Assembly (NCBI GenBank): GCA_945884695.1
Contig: CAMCYO010000004.1
Coordinates: 56,648-120,647, forward strand
DNA length: 64,000 bases
Direction of reading: 5' to 3'
DNA from: Streptomyces griseus
Lineage (GTDB): Bacteria; Actinomycetota; Actinomycetes; Nanopelagicales; Nanopelagicaceae
Shown piece after piece: positions 7,691-15,476 of the stretch; the stretch's first letter is position 1; each line of letters opens with the position of its first letter. The notes under the pieces were generated by a model. It saw nothing but the letters and a program-made list of their open reading frames with translations. It searched no databases and had not been told where the DNA came from. The translations under genes and the position numbers were made by a program.

Positions 7691-9186
7691 GTCGAGTTGT
7701 CGTTATTGGCGCAGGTATCGGTGGCATGTGTGCTGCCGCTCGCTTAGCCAAAGCAGGACATAGCGTTGATATATATGAAAGCTCACACTTTGTTGGAGGA
7801 AAATGTCGGACCGAATGGATCGGCAAGTATGCCTTTGATACTGGCCCATCACTTTTAACTTTGCCAGCCGTGTATCGCGATTTCTTTTTAAAAACTGGAG
7901 AACCTATTGAAAGAGTTCTAGAGCTCCAGCCGGTAAATCCAGCATTTGATTATCGTTTTGCCGATGGAGCAAGTGTTAAATTCACTAACCTCTCACGATA
8001 CGAAACATTGGCTGCAATCCGTGAAAGTTTTGGTAGTAGGGCCAGCGATGAGTGGAACGCGCTTATGGAGCGTGCTGAAAAAATGTGGGACGTTTCAAGG
8101 GAGCCCTTTATTGAATCAGAATTGACATCAATTCTATCTTTCATCAAAAGACCAACTTTTTTGCGCGACCTATTAACAATTGCTCCTTGGAAAAATTTAC
8201 GAACTCTTGTTAAGAGTCTTACTCAAAACCAGTACCTTTCCTACATAATCGATCGTTATGCAACCTATAGTGGCTCAGATCCTAGAAAAGCTCCAGCGGT
8301 AATTCTCTCTATTGCATTCGTAGAAGAAGCATTCGGGGCTTGGCACATTAAGGGCGGAATTGGGCAATTGGCTTTAGCGATTGAAGAACGCGCAAAAGAA
8401 CTCGGCGTGAAATTCCACCTCAATGCGCCAGTGGTTTCGATCAATCACAATGGAAAAAGTGTTTCAGGTATCACTGTGGCAAGTGGAGAAAAGATTAGTG
8501 CCGATGTAGTTGTAGCCAACTCTGATGCATCCACTGTCTACACGCAGTTAATTACTGGCAAGGTTCGAGTGCTTCGTAAGCAAAGAGCTTCACTTGCCAA
8601 ATCCGAACCTTCACTGGCAGGGTTTTCATTACTCTTAGGGTTAAAGCCAGATCCGGATGCACCACCAATGAGCCACCACACAGTTCTATTCCCCGCAGAC
8701 TACGACGCTGAATTTGATGCAATATTCACAGAGCACAAACCAGTTGAAGAGCCAACAATTTATATCTGCGCTCCAAATGATCCCTCCATGTCTCGCACTC
8801 CAGGTTATGAAAGTTGGTTTGTATTAGTCAATGCTCCCCGTCATTCAACAGTTGGAGATGGTTGGGATTGGAGCGATGAAAACTTTGCTCGTGCATACGG
8901 GGCTAAGATTATTTCTCAGATTGAAGCACGAGGCATTCCCCTTCGACATCGCATAGAGCTCTTGGAAGTGCGAACACCAGCAGATTTAGAAAAAAGCGTA
9001 GGGGCACCTGGTGGTTCGATTTACGGATCCTCAAGCAATAGTGCCCGTTCAGCATTCACACGTGCGCGAAATCGCTCTCCCCTTAACGGATTGTTCTGCG
9101 TGGGTGGTTCAGCACATCCTGGTGGAGGATTGCCACTTGTTGGAATAAGTGCCGAAATTGTTGCAGATGCGATTGGGCGAGCTTAA
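7687..9186 (+). CDS. Phytoene desaturase-family FAD oxidoreductase (CrtD-like carotenoid 3,4-desaturase candidate)
   Basis: VVVIGAGIGGMCAAARLAKAGHSVDIYE...GGK Rossmann motif and the C-terminal GGSAHPGGGLPLV motif; 499 aa. Confidence 0.85.
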   Translation: MSRVVVIGAGIGGMCAAARLAKAGHSVDIYESSHFVGGKCRTEWIGKYAFDTGPSLLTLPAVYRDFFLKTGEPIERVLELQPVNPAFDYRFADGASVKFTNLSRYETLAAIRESFGSRASDEWNALMERAEKMWDVSREPFIESELTSILSFIKRPTFLRDLLTIAPWKNLRTLVKSLTQNQYLSYIIDRYATYSGSDPRKAPAVILSIAFVEEAFGAWHIKGGIGQLALAIEERAKELGVKFHLNAPVVSINHNGKSVSGITVASGEKISADVVVANSDASTVYTQLITGKVRVLRKQRASLAKSEPSLAGFSLLLGLKPDPDAPPMSHHTVLFPADYDAEFDAIFTEHKPVEEPTIYICAPNDPSMSRTPGYESWFVLVNAPRHSTVGDGWDWSDENFARAYGAKIISQIEARGIPLRHRIELLEVRTPADLEKSVGAPGGSIYGSSSNSARSAFTRARNRSPLNGLFCVGGSAHPGGGLPLVGISAEIVADAIGRA

Positions 9187-9818
9187 AGCTTCTTTAAAGA
9201 GTTAACTGCAAAACGCAGAACCAGAAGAAAGCTAATAATTTGCACAAAAGTTAAAACAATTGCAATCGCAGTTGGCCAGTTGTGTGAAAAACTGATGTGG
9301 AAAGCCACAATTGCCACGGCTAGAAAACTTGCTCGCACTGGCCTCTCTCCTGGAGTTATAACTCCAACATCGGCAACGCCAAGAGATGCTAATCGTGCAC
9401 GTGCATATTCTTGAAAGCCTGCAAAGCAAGCCAATGCAAGTATCCAACTTAATGGCACTCCTAATCGATAAAAAGCGATCGCCCAAAGCGCTTCCGAAAT
9501 GCGATCTGCAATGCCATCCCATACCGCACCTATTGCACTAGTTCGCTCTGTATAAATGGCAACACTTCCATCTATCCCATCGGCAATGAGAGAAAGAGCA
9601 AGGAAAATTAAGGCCCACCAGTGAGGCGAAGTAATCGCAGTAAGGCCGGCACTTAGTACGCCAATAGTTGTCAATACATTTGGAGTGATATGCAACTTCG
9701 CACATCCACGAGCAAGTGGAAATGAGATTCGCAGCCAGCCCCCAACAACTCCTGAAGTTGGCGCTCCTCCGTGGAGTTTGCTCCATTGCGCAGTGAATTC
9801 TTCGAAATTGAGTTTCAT
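9183..9818 (-). CDS. CDP-alcohol phosphatidyltransferase family protein
   Basis: Signature DGIDGSVAIYTERTSAIGAVWDGIADRISE (D-G-x2-A-R...G-x3-D-x3-D type) in a polytopic protein. It shows a 4-nt start/stop overlap with metF. Confidence 0.85.
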   Translation of the reverse strand: MKLNFEEFTAQWSKLHGGAPTSGVVGGWLRISFPLARGCAKLHITPNVLTTIGVLSAGLTAITSPHWWALIFLALSLIADGIDGSVAIYTERTSAIGAVWDGIADRISEALWAIAFYRLGVPLSWILALACFAGFQEYARARLASLGVADVGVITPGERPVRASFLAVAIVAFHISFSHNWPTAIAIVLTFVQIISFLLVLRFAVNSLKKL

Positions 9819-10666
9819 CGCCTTAACGCCAAGTTTGTATAGATTTCAGAGGTCGCAGTTGAGGTATTCATTGTGTAAAAATGTAATCCAGGAGCCCCTG
9901 CTAAAAGTAAGTCCTGGCAAAGTTTAGTTGCAATTTCAATACCAAGTGCCTTAACTGCATCGGGATTAGATTCGATATCTTCAAAACGTTTACGTAGAGC
10001 ATCTGGAATAGGGGTTCCGCTGAGTTCGGACATTCTCACTAACTGCTTTACATTTGTAACGGGAAGAATTCCCGGTATAACGGGAAGGCTGGAGCCTCTC
10101 TCTGCTAAACGCGCCACGAGTGCGCTCCATTGAGTAGCATCAAAAAAGAATTGTGTCGTTGCAAAACTTGCGCCCAAATTTTCTTTACGTATCAACACAT
10201 CAATATCCTTATCAAGATTTCCGCCCGATGCGGGATGGCCATCGGGAAAAGCTGCAACACCAACAGTGAAATCCCCAAATTCACAAGCGAGCGCGACAAG
10301 TTCATCGGCATGATTGAGCCCATGAGGAATAGAAACCCATGGAGCTCGCGGACCACCTTCTGGGTCTCCACGAAGTGCCAAAATAGATTTAATTCCAACA
10401 TCACGGTAGCGAGTAAGAATGTGAAGAATTTCCTCTTGCGTCGAGCCAACGCATGTTAGGTGGGCAATAGTTGGAATCTGCGTTCTTTTCGTGATTTCAG
10501 AGGTGATAGCGATTGTGCGATCCCGAGTTGAGCCACCTGCGCCATAAGTGACAGATACAAAATCAGGTGCAATCGGCCCAAGTGCTTCTATTGCACTCCA
10601 TAGGCGCTCTTCCCCTGGTAAATCTTTGGGAGGGAAGAATTCAAAAGAGATCGTTGGGGCAGACAT
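9815..10666 (-). CDS. metF: Methylenetetrahydrofolate reductase
   Basis: ISFEFFPPKD...VSVTYGAGGSTRDRT. I prefer ATG 10666 (preceded by AAAGGAGAG) over the longest ORF start at 10711. Confidence 0.9.
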   Translation of the reverse strand: MSAPTISFEFFPPKDLPGEERLWSAIEALGPIAPDFVSVTYGAGGSTRDRTIAITSEITKRTQIPTIAHLTCVGSTQEEILHILTRYRDVGIKSILALRGDPEGGPRAPWVSIPHGLNHADELVALACEFGDFTVGVAAFPDGHPASGGNLDKDIDVLIRKENLGASFATTQFFFDATQWSALVARLAERGSSLPVIPGILPVTNVKQLVRMSELSGTPIPDALRKRFEDIESNPDAVKALGIEIATKLCQDLLLAGAPGLHFYTMNTSTATSEIYTNLALRR

Positions 10667-10711
10667 ATCTCTCCTTTCGCCGACTATGGACAGTGAGGGT
10701 ACCGTTACCAC

Positions 10712-11797
10712 GTGATGATTGAGCCAGAGCGCGCTTTAGCCCACGTACGTATGAGTGTACAAAGTGAGCTCACCGAATTCCTCTCCCAACAAACCCAATA
10801 CCTTGGCGAAATTGGAAGCGAACTCATCCCTGTTGCAGAAGCTATGAACGCATACCTTCTCGATAGTGGCAAGCGCTTGCGACCACTCTTTGCTTACGCA
10901 GGTTACTTGGGGGCAGGTGCATCAGAAAATAAAGCCGTCATCAAGGCTGTTGCAAGTCTTGAACTCTTGCAAGCATGCGCACTGATTCACGATGACTTAA
11001 TGGACGGTTCTGACACTCGACGTGGAAAACCTGCAATGCATCGACGTTTTGAGAGCATTCACGAACAAGATGAGCTCTCTGGTTCAGCCACGGCATACGG
11101 TGCATCTGCTGCAATCTTGCTCGGAGATTTAGCTCTGGTTTGGTCTGATCAAATGTTTCATAGCGCTGGGCTTGCACCAGAGGCGCTCTTGCGATCTTTA
11201 AGTGTGCATGATGAAATGCGCATAGAACTCATGGCTGGACAATTTCTCGATATACACGAACAGGCACTGGCAACATCTAGCGTCGCGCGATCTCTAAAAA
11301 TTGCTCGTTACAAATCAGGTAAATACACAATCGAGCGACCACTGCATTTTGGTGCATCTTTGGCTATTGAAAACGAAAATCAACGACAAACACTCATGAC
11401 GATGTACTCAGAATTTGGACTTCCACTTGGTGAAGCATTCCAACTTCGCGACGACTTACTCGGAGTCTTTGGAGATCCAATAATTACTGGCAAACCTGCA
11501 GGTGATGACTTACGAGAAGGAAAGCGCACAGTATTGATGGCTATGACACATGACCGAGCAAGCGCTGCACAGGAGAAAGTAATCGCCCAATATTTTGGAA
11601 GCGATGATTTGGATTCAGCCGGAGTCGAAGGGCTACGGACAATCATTACTGAAACAGGTGCACGCCAACATGTGGAAGATCTCATAGAGAAATTGACACT
11701 CACCGCGCAGGATGCGCTCAATCGTGATGAGATTGACTCCTCAGCGCACGCTCTTTTAGATGAGCTTGCATCGATTGCGGTACGTAGGAGCGCATAA
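10712..11797 (+). CDS. crtE: Polyprenyl (geranylgeranyl) diphosphate synthase
   Basis: Both Asp-rich motifs are present: LIHDDLMDGSDTRRG and FQLRDDLLGVFGD. It is contiguous with crtI-crtB. Confidence 0.9.
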   Translation: MMIEPERALAHVRMSVQSELTEFLSQQTQYLGEIGSELIPVAEAMNAYLLDSGKRLRPLFAYAGYLGAGASENKAVIKAVASLELLQACALIHDDLMDGSDTRRGKPAMHRRFESIHEQDELSGSATAYGASAAILLGDLALVWSDQMFHSAGLAPEALLRSLSVHDEMRIELMAGQFLDIHEQALATSSVARSLKIARYKSGKYTIERPLHFGASLAIENENQRQTLMTMYSEFGLPLGEAFQLRDDLLGVFGDPIITGKPAGDDLREGKRTVLMAMTHDRASAAQEKVIAQYFGSDDLDSAGVEGLRTIITETGARQHVEDLIEKLTLTAQDALNRDEIDSSAHALLDELASIAVRRSA

Positions 11798-13282
11798 ATG
11801 CCGGCACGCGTAAAAGGTCCAACTGACCATGTTCTCATTGTTGGTGCAGGGTTAGCAGGACTTAGTGCTGGCCTCAGACTTGCAGGGGCAGGTCGAAAAG
11901 TCACAATCGTTGAACGTGAAAGTGTTCCCGGCGGTCGCAACGGACTCCTGAAAAAAGATGGTTACGCATTTGATACAGGCCCAAGTGTATTGACGATGCC
12001 TTCGCTTATTAATGATGCCTTTAATAGTGTTGGTGAAGAACTTTCTGATTGGTTAGAACTCACACCCGTTGCGCCTTTGTATCGCGCTTTTTATGCAGAT
12101 GGATCACAACTTGATATTCATGCAAACACAGAGCAAATGGAAGCAGAGATCGCTCGCAACGTCAGCGCCTCTGATGCTTTGGGTTACAGACGGTATGTAG
12201 ATTTTGTAACTAAGTTATACAAATATGAAATGAATGATTTCATTGATCGCAATATTGACTCTCCCCTAAATCTGTTGACTCCCAATTTGGCCCGCCTTAT
12301 AGCCCTGGGTGGCTTTCGCCGTCTTGCTCCAAAAGTAAATCAATACCTTAAAGACCCCCGACTTCAAAAGGTCTACTCATTTCAAGCCATGTATGCCGGT
12401 GTAAGTCCACAACAAGCCTTAGCAATCTATGCAGTTATTGCCTACATGGATTCAGTCAATGGGGTATTTTTTCCCAAAGGCGGAATGCACGCACTTCCTA
12501 GAGCACTTGCAAGTGCTGGGCAGAAACATGGAATTACATTTAAATACAACTCTGAAGTCACTAAAGTAGATTTCAAAAATGGACGTGCTCAAGCTGTCAT
12601 TACCGCATCGGGTGAGCGCATTGAATGCGATGTGCTCGTTCTCAATCCAGATCTGCCAGTTGCATGGCGGGATTTGCTTGGTCGAACACCTGCATCCATT
12701 AAGCGTTTAAAGTATTCACCCTCATGTGTAACTATGTTAGTGGGTTCAAAAAAAGAATATTCGCACCTTGCCCACCACAACATTCACTTTGGAAATTCTT
12801 GGGATGGAGTTTTTGATGAATTGATTCATAAAAAAGTTCTGATGACCGACCCCAGCGTGCTTGTTACCGTTCCTTCAAAAGATGATCCAACGCTTGCACC
12901 TGCCGGTAAACACTCCTATTACGTTCTCTTTCCAACACCAAACCTGGATGCTGACATCGACTGGAAGAAAATGCGTGGTCCATATCGTGACCAAATGATT
13001 AAAACATTGGAATCACGCGGATACACAGATTTTGGTGACTCAATAGAAGTTGAATCCCTAACGACTCCATTAGATTGGCAGAACCAAGGAATGGAGCGAG
13101 GGGCGCCATTTGCCAGCGCTCATACCTTCTTTCAAACCGGTCCTTTCCGGCCTCGCAACCTGGCAAAAGGATTTGAAAACGTTGTTTTTGCAGGATCTGG
13201 AACGCAACCCGGAGTCGGTGTCCCCATGGTTTTAATTTCAGGGAGATTAGCAGCAGAGCGAATTGTGGGCCCGGTGCGCTAA
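11798..13282 (+). CDS. crtI: Phytoene desaturase
   Basis: VLIVGAGLAGLSAGLRLAGAGRKVTIVE...GGR and C-terminal FAGSGTQPGVGVPMV. It starts 1 nt after the crtE stop. Confidence 0.9.
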   Translation: MPARVKGPTDHVLIVGAGLAGLSAGLRLAGAGRKVTIVERESVPGGRNGLLKKDGYAFDTGPSVLTMPSLINDAFNSVGEELSDWLELTPVAPLYRAFYADGSQLDIHANTEQMEAEIARNVSASDALGYRRYVDFVTKLYKYEMNDFIDRNIDSPLNLLTPNLARLIALGGFRRLAPKVNQYLKDPRLQKVYSFQAMYAGVSPQQALAIYAVIAYMDSVNGVFFPKGGMHALPRALASAGQKHGITFKYNSEVTKVDFKNGRAQAVITASGERIECDVLVLNPDLPVAWRDLLGRTPASIKRLKYSPSCVTMLVGSKKEYSHLAHHNIHFGNSWDGVFDELIHKKVLMTDPSVLVTVPSKDDPTLAPAGKHSYYVLFPTPNLDADIDWKKMRGPYRDQMIKTLESRGYTDFGDSIEVESLTTPLDWQNQGMERGAPFASAHTFFQTGPFRPRNLAKGFENVVFAGSGTQPGVGVPMVLISGRLAAERIVGPVR

Positions 13283-14188
13283 ATGGACGAGCTGACTAGC
13301 GCCGGAATCTTAGATCCAGAACTTCGCGCTTCCTACGCCGAATGTAAAAGACTTAATGCACTCCATGGAAAAACGTATTACCTTGCAACGCTACTACTTC
13401 CTAAAGCCAAGCGTCCATTTGTCCACGCTCTCTATGGTTTTGCTCGTTATGCCGATGAAATTGTTGATGACTTAGCATCGCACCTGACACCTGCAGAAAA
13501 AGAGAGTGAGTTGCGTAGGTGGTCAGATTCGATTGTAAAAAGTTTAGAAACTGGCAAAAGTGATGATCACATCGGTAGAGCTTTAATCGACACCGTTAAT
13601 CGCTTCAATATTCCTCATGCACATTTCTCGGCATTCCTTCACTCCATGGCCATGGATCTAACCGTCACCGAATATGAAAGTTTTGAAGATCTCATGAAAT
13701 ACATCTACGGTTCAGCCTGCGTTATTGGCCTTGAAATGGTTCCGGTACTCGGGGCAATCTCGGATCAAGCATATGAGCCAGCAGAAAAACTTGGCACTGC
13801 ATTTCAATTAGCCAATTTCATTCGTGACGTAGGCGAGGATCTAGATCGCGGGCGTGTTTATCTTCCTCTTAATGAGTTAGGAGCCCATGGCGTCGATAGG
13901 GCGATGCTTGAACGGCGCACACTCACTCCTGAAATCGTCTCAGCACTCAAGGAGCAAATTGCGCGAGTCCGTACTTTACAAGGGCAAGCAAATCCCGGGA
14001 TTGAATTCTTGTCTCCCACAAGTAGGCCATGCATTCAAGCTGCCAGCGAGTTGTACTGCGGAATTGTTGATGAGGTTGAAAATAATAACTACGAGATTTT
14101 CACCAAACGTGCTAAAACTTCCACAAGTAAGCGAATGAAGGTTGCGAGCCGAGCATATCTTCGCTCGGTAATTGCTCGAATGGGCTAA
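13283..14188 (+). CDS. crtB: Phytoene synthase
   Basis: YGFARYADEIVDD and FQLANFIRDVGEDLDRGRVYLP. Confidence 0.9.
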   Translation: MDELTSAGILDPELRASYAECKRLNALHGKTYYLATLLLPKAKRPFVHALYGFARYADEIVDDLASHLTPAEKESELRRWSDSIVKSLETGKSDDHIGRALIDTVNRFNIPHAHFSAFLHSMAMDLTVTEYESFEDLMKYIYGSACVIGLEMVPVLGAISDQAYEPAEKLGTAFQLANFIRDVGEDLDRGRVYLPLNELGAHGVDRAMLERRTLTPEIVSALKEQIARVRTLQGQANPGIEFLSPTSRPCIQAASELYCGIVDEVENNNYEIFTKRAKTSTSKRMKVASRAYLRSVIARMG

Positions 14189-14211
14189 GAACATTATTTC
14201 TTGCTAAGATA

Positions 14212-14297
14212 GGAAATACGGGAGCCCATGTGGCTGAGAGGGTCTGAAATTCAGATCGACCGTTAGACCAGTCCGGTAATGCGGATATGGAAAGGGT
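14212..14297 (+). promoter_or_regulatory. TPP (THI-box) riboswitch
   Basis: ACGGGAGCC-CAUGU-GGCUGAGAGGG...GACCGUUAGACCAGUCCGGUAAUGCGGAUAUGGAAAGG aligns element by element with the TPP aptamer core (GGGnGCC, CUGAGA, ACCnuuGAACCUGAUCnGGnUAAUnCCnGCGnAGGGA). The 3' end overlaps the SD GGAAAGGG 5 nt before ATG 14301. Confidence 0.85.
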
Positions 14298-14300
14298 GAC

Positions 14301-14876
14301 ATGAGAACTCTTTTTACAATTTGGGGTTACGACTTATCTATCTTGGAATTTTTTGCAGCCCTGACATCATTTGTTGGGGTTGGCATTGCCATCACAGGAA
14401 AACGTGCAACGTGGCCTTGGTGGATAATGAGTAGCCTTCTTTACGGTATTTTCTTTCTCAAAGTGAATCTCATCGCAAGCGCTGCATTGCAAGTGGTATT
14501 TATCGCAGCTGGCATTTGGGGTTGGTATGGCTGGGCGCCAACGGGTGCGGTGCCGGGCAAACTTTTACCTAAAGCAAAACTCTTATGGGCTATTGCTCTA
14601 CTCATTTCCTGGGTTGCCCTTGCGCCATTCCTGCACAGTATTGGAGCTGCTGCTACTTGGTCTGATTCATTTATATTCTTAGGAAGTTTCATAGCTCAAA
14701 TTCTTATGGTCTATGAAAAATACGAGAATTGGCCTCTCTGGTTTCTCGTCGATGCTGTAGGTACAGTTGAATATTTTGTCCTAGGTTACAAATTCACTGC
14801 CGTTCTCTATTTAGCATTCACGGTGATGGCAATACTCGGCTGGCGCGGTTGGCTAAGTAAAACTTCGCAAAAATGA
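14301..14876 (+). CDS. PnuC-family transporter (PnuT-type, thiamine or thiamine-precursor uptake inferred from the riboswitch)
   Basis: 191 aa, 6-7 TM segments, Trp-rich PnuC-like motifs (WPWWIMS, GIWGWYGW, NWPLWFLVD). It lies directly downstream of the TPP riboswitch. Confidence 0.8.
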   Translation: MRTLFTIWGYDLSILEFFAALTSFVGVGIAITGKRATWPWWIMSSLLYGIFFLKVNLIASAALQVVFIAAGIWGWYGWAPTGAVPGKLLPKAKLLWAIALLISWVALAPFLHSIGAAATWSDSFIFLGSFIAQILMVYEKYENWPLWFLVDAVGTVEYFVLGYKFTAVLYLAFTVMAILGWRGWLSKTSQK

Positions 14877-15427
14877 ATCTTATTCCTGAAATTGAGCTCG
14901 CACTCAATTCACCATCGAGATGTGGAAGAACGCATGTAATCGCAATCGATGGGCGAGCGGGAGCAGGAAAGACAACCCTGGCACATGAACTATTCCTGGG
15001 GTTTAGTGGGCCACGAGTGGTAACTGTGATTGCCCTTGATGATGTCTATGCCGGCTGGGATGGCGCACTTGGCCCCAAACTCACTCACACTCTTACCCAC
15101 TTGCTCGAATCGATCTCTGCAAATAGATCCTTCAGGCTTCCTATTTTTAATTGGCAGATGTCGACCTTTGATTCAGAGCGCATCATTGAACCTTCTGATT
15201 TATTGCTCATAGAAGGCGTTGGAAGTTGCCAGAAAATTGTCAGAGAATTCAGTTCTGCAACCATCTGGTTAGACATCGAGCCAGAAATTGGATTACAAAG
15301 AGTGCTAGAGCGAGACGGTGAAAGCATTAGTCAGGAGATGAAGCAATGGCAGATCGAAGAAGAGAAACTTTTCGCCCACGATGAAACCCGAAAGTATGCA
15401 GATTTTGTGCTTTCTGCAATTGGCTAA
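14873..15427 (+). CDS. P-loop nucleoside/small-molecule kinase-like protein (uridine kinase/PRK-like fold), substrate unknown
   Basis: Walker A IAIDGRAGAGKTTLAHEL and Walker B-like LLLIEGVG. ATGA overlap with the transporter stop. Confidence 0.6.
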   Translation: MNLIPEIELALNSPSRCGRTHVIAIDGRAGAGKTTLAHELFLGFSGPRVVTVIALDDVYAGWDGALGPKLTHTLTHLLESISANRSFRLPIFNWQMSTFDSERIIEPSDLLLIEGVGSCQKIVREFSSATIWLDIEPEIGLQRVLERDGESISQEMKQWQIEEEKLFAHDETRKYADFVLSAIG

Positions 15428-15476
15428 ACAGCGCGCCATACAGGTGCAAATCTAAACTGTTAACTAAGATTTCTCC

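Noticed and set aside
11380-11940. A 186-aa ORF on the - strand spanning the crtE/crtI junction. Similar antisense ORFs occur at 16157-16663, 30541-31077, 51848-52261, 44001-44390, 45679-46014 and 27600-27965.
   Set aside because: All overlap strongly supported genes on the opposite strand or in another frame, and all have biased Ser/Pro/Arg/Ala composition. None has an SD or a recognisable domain.
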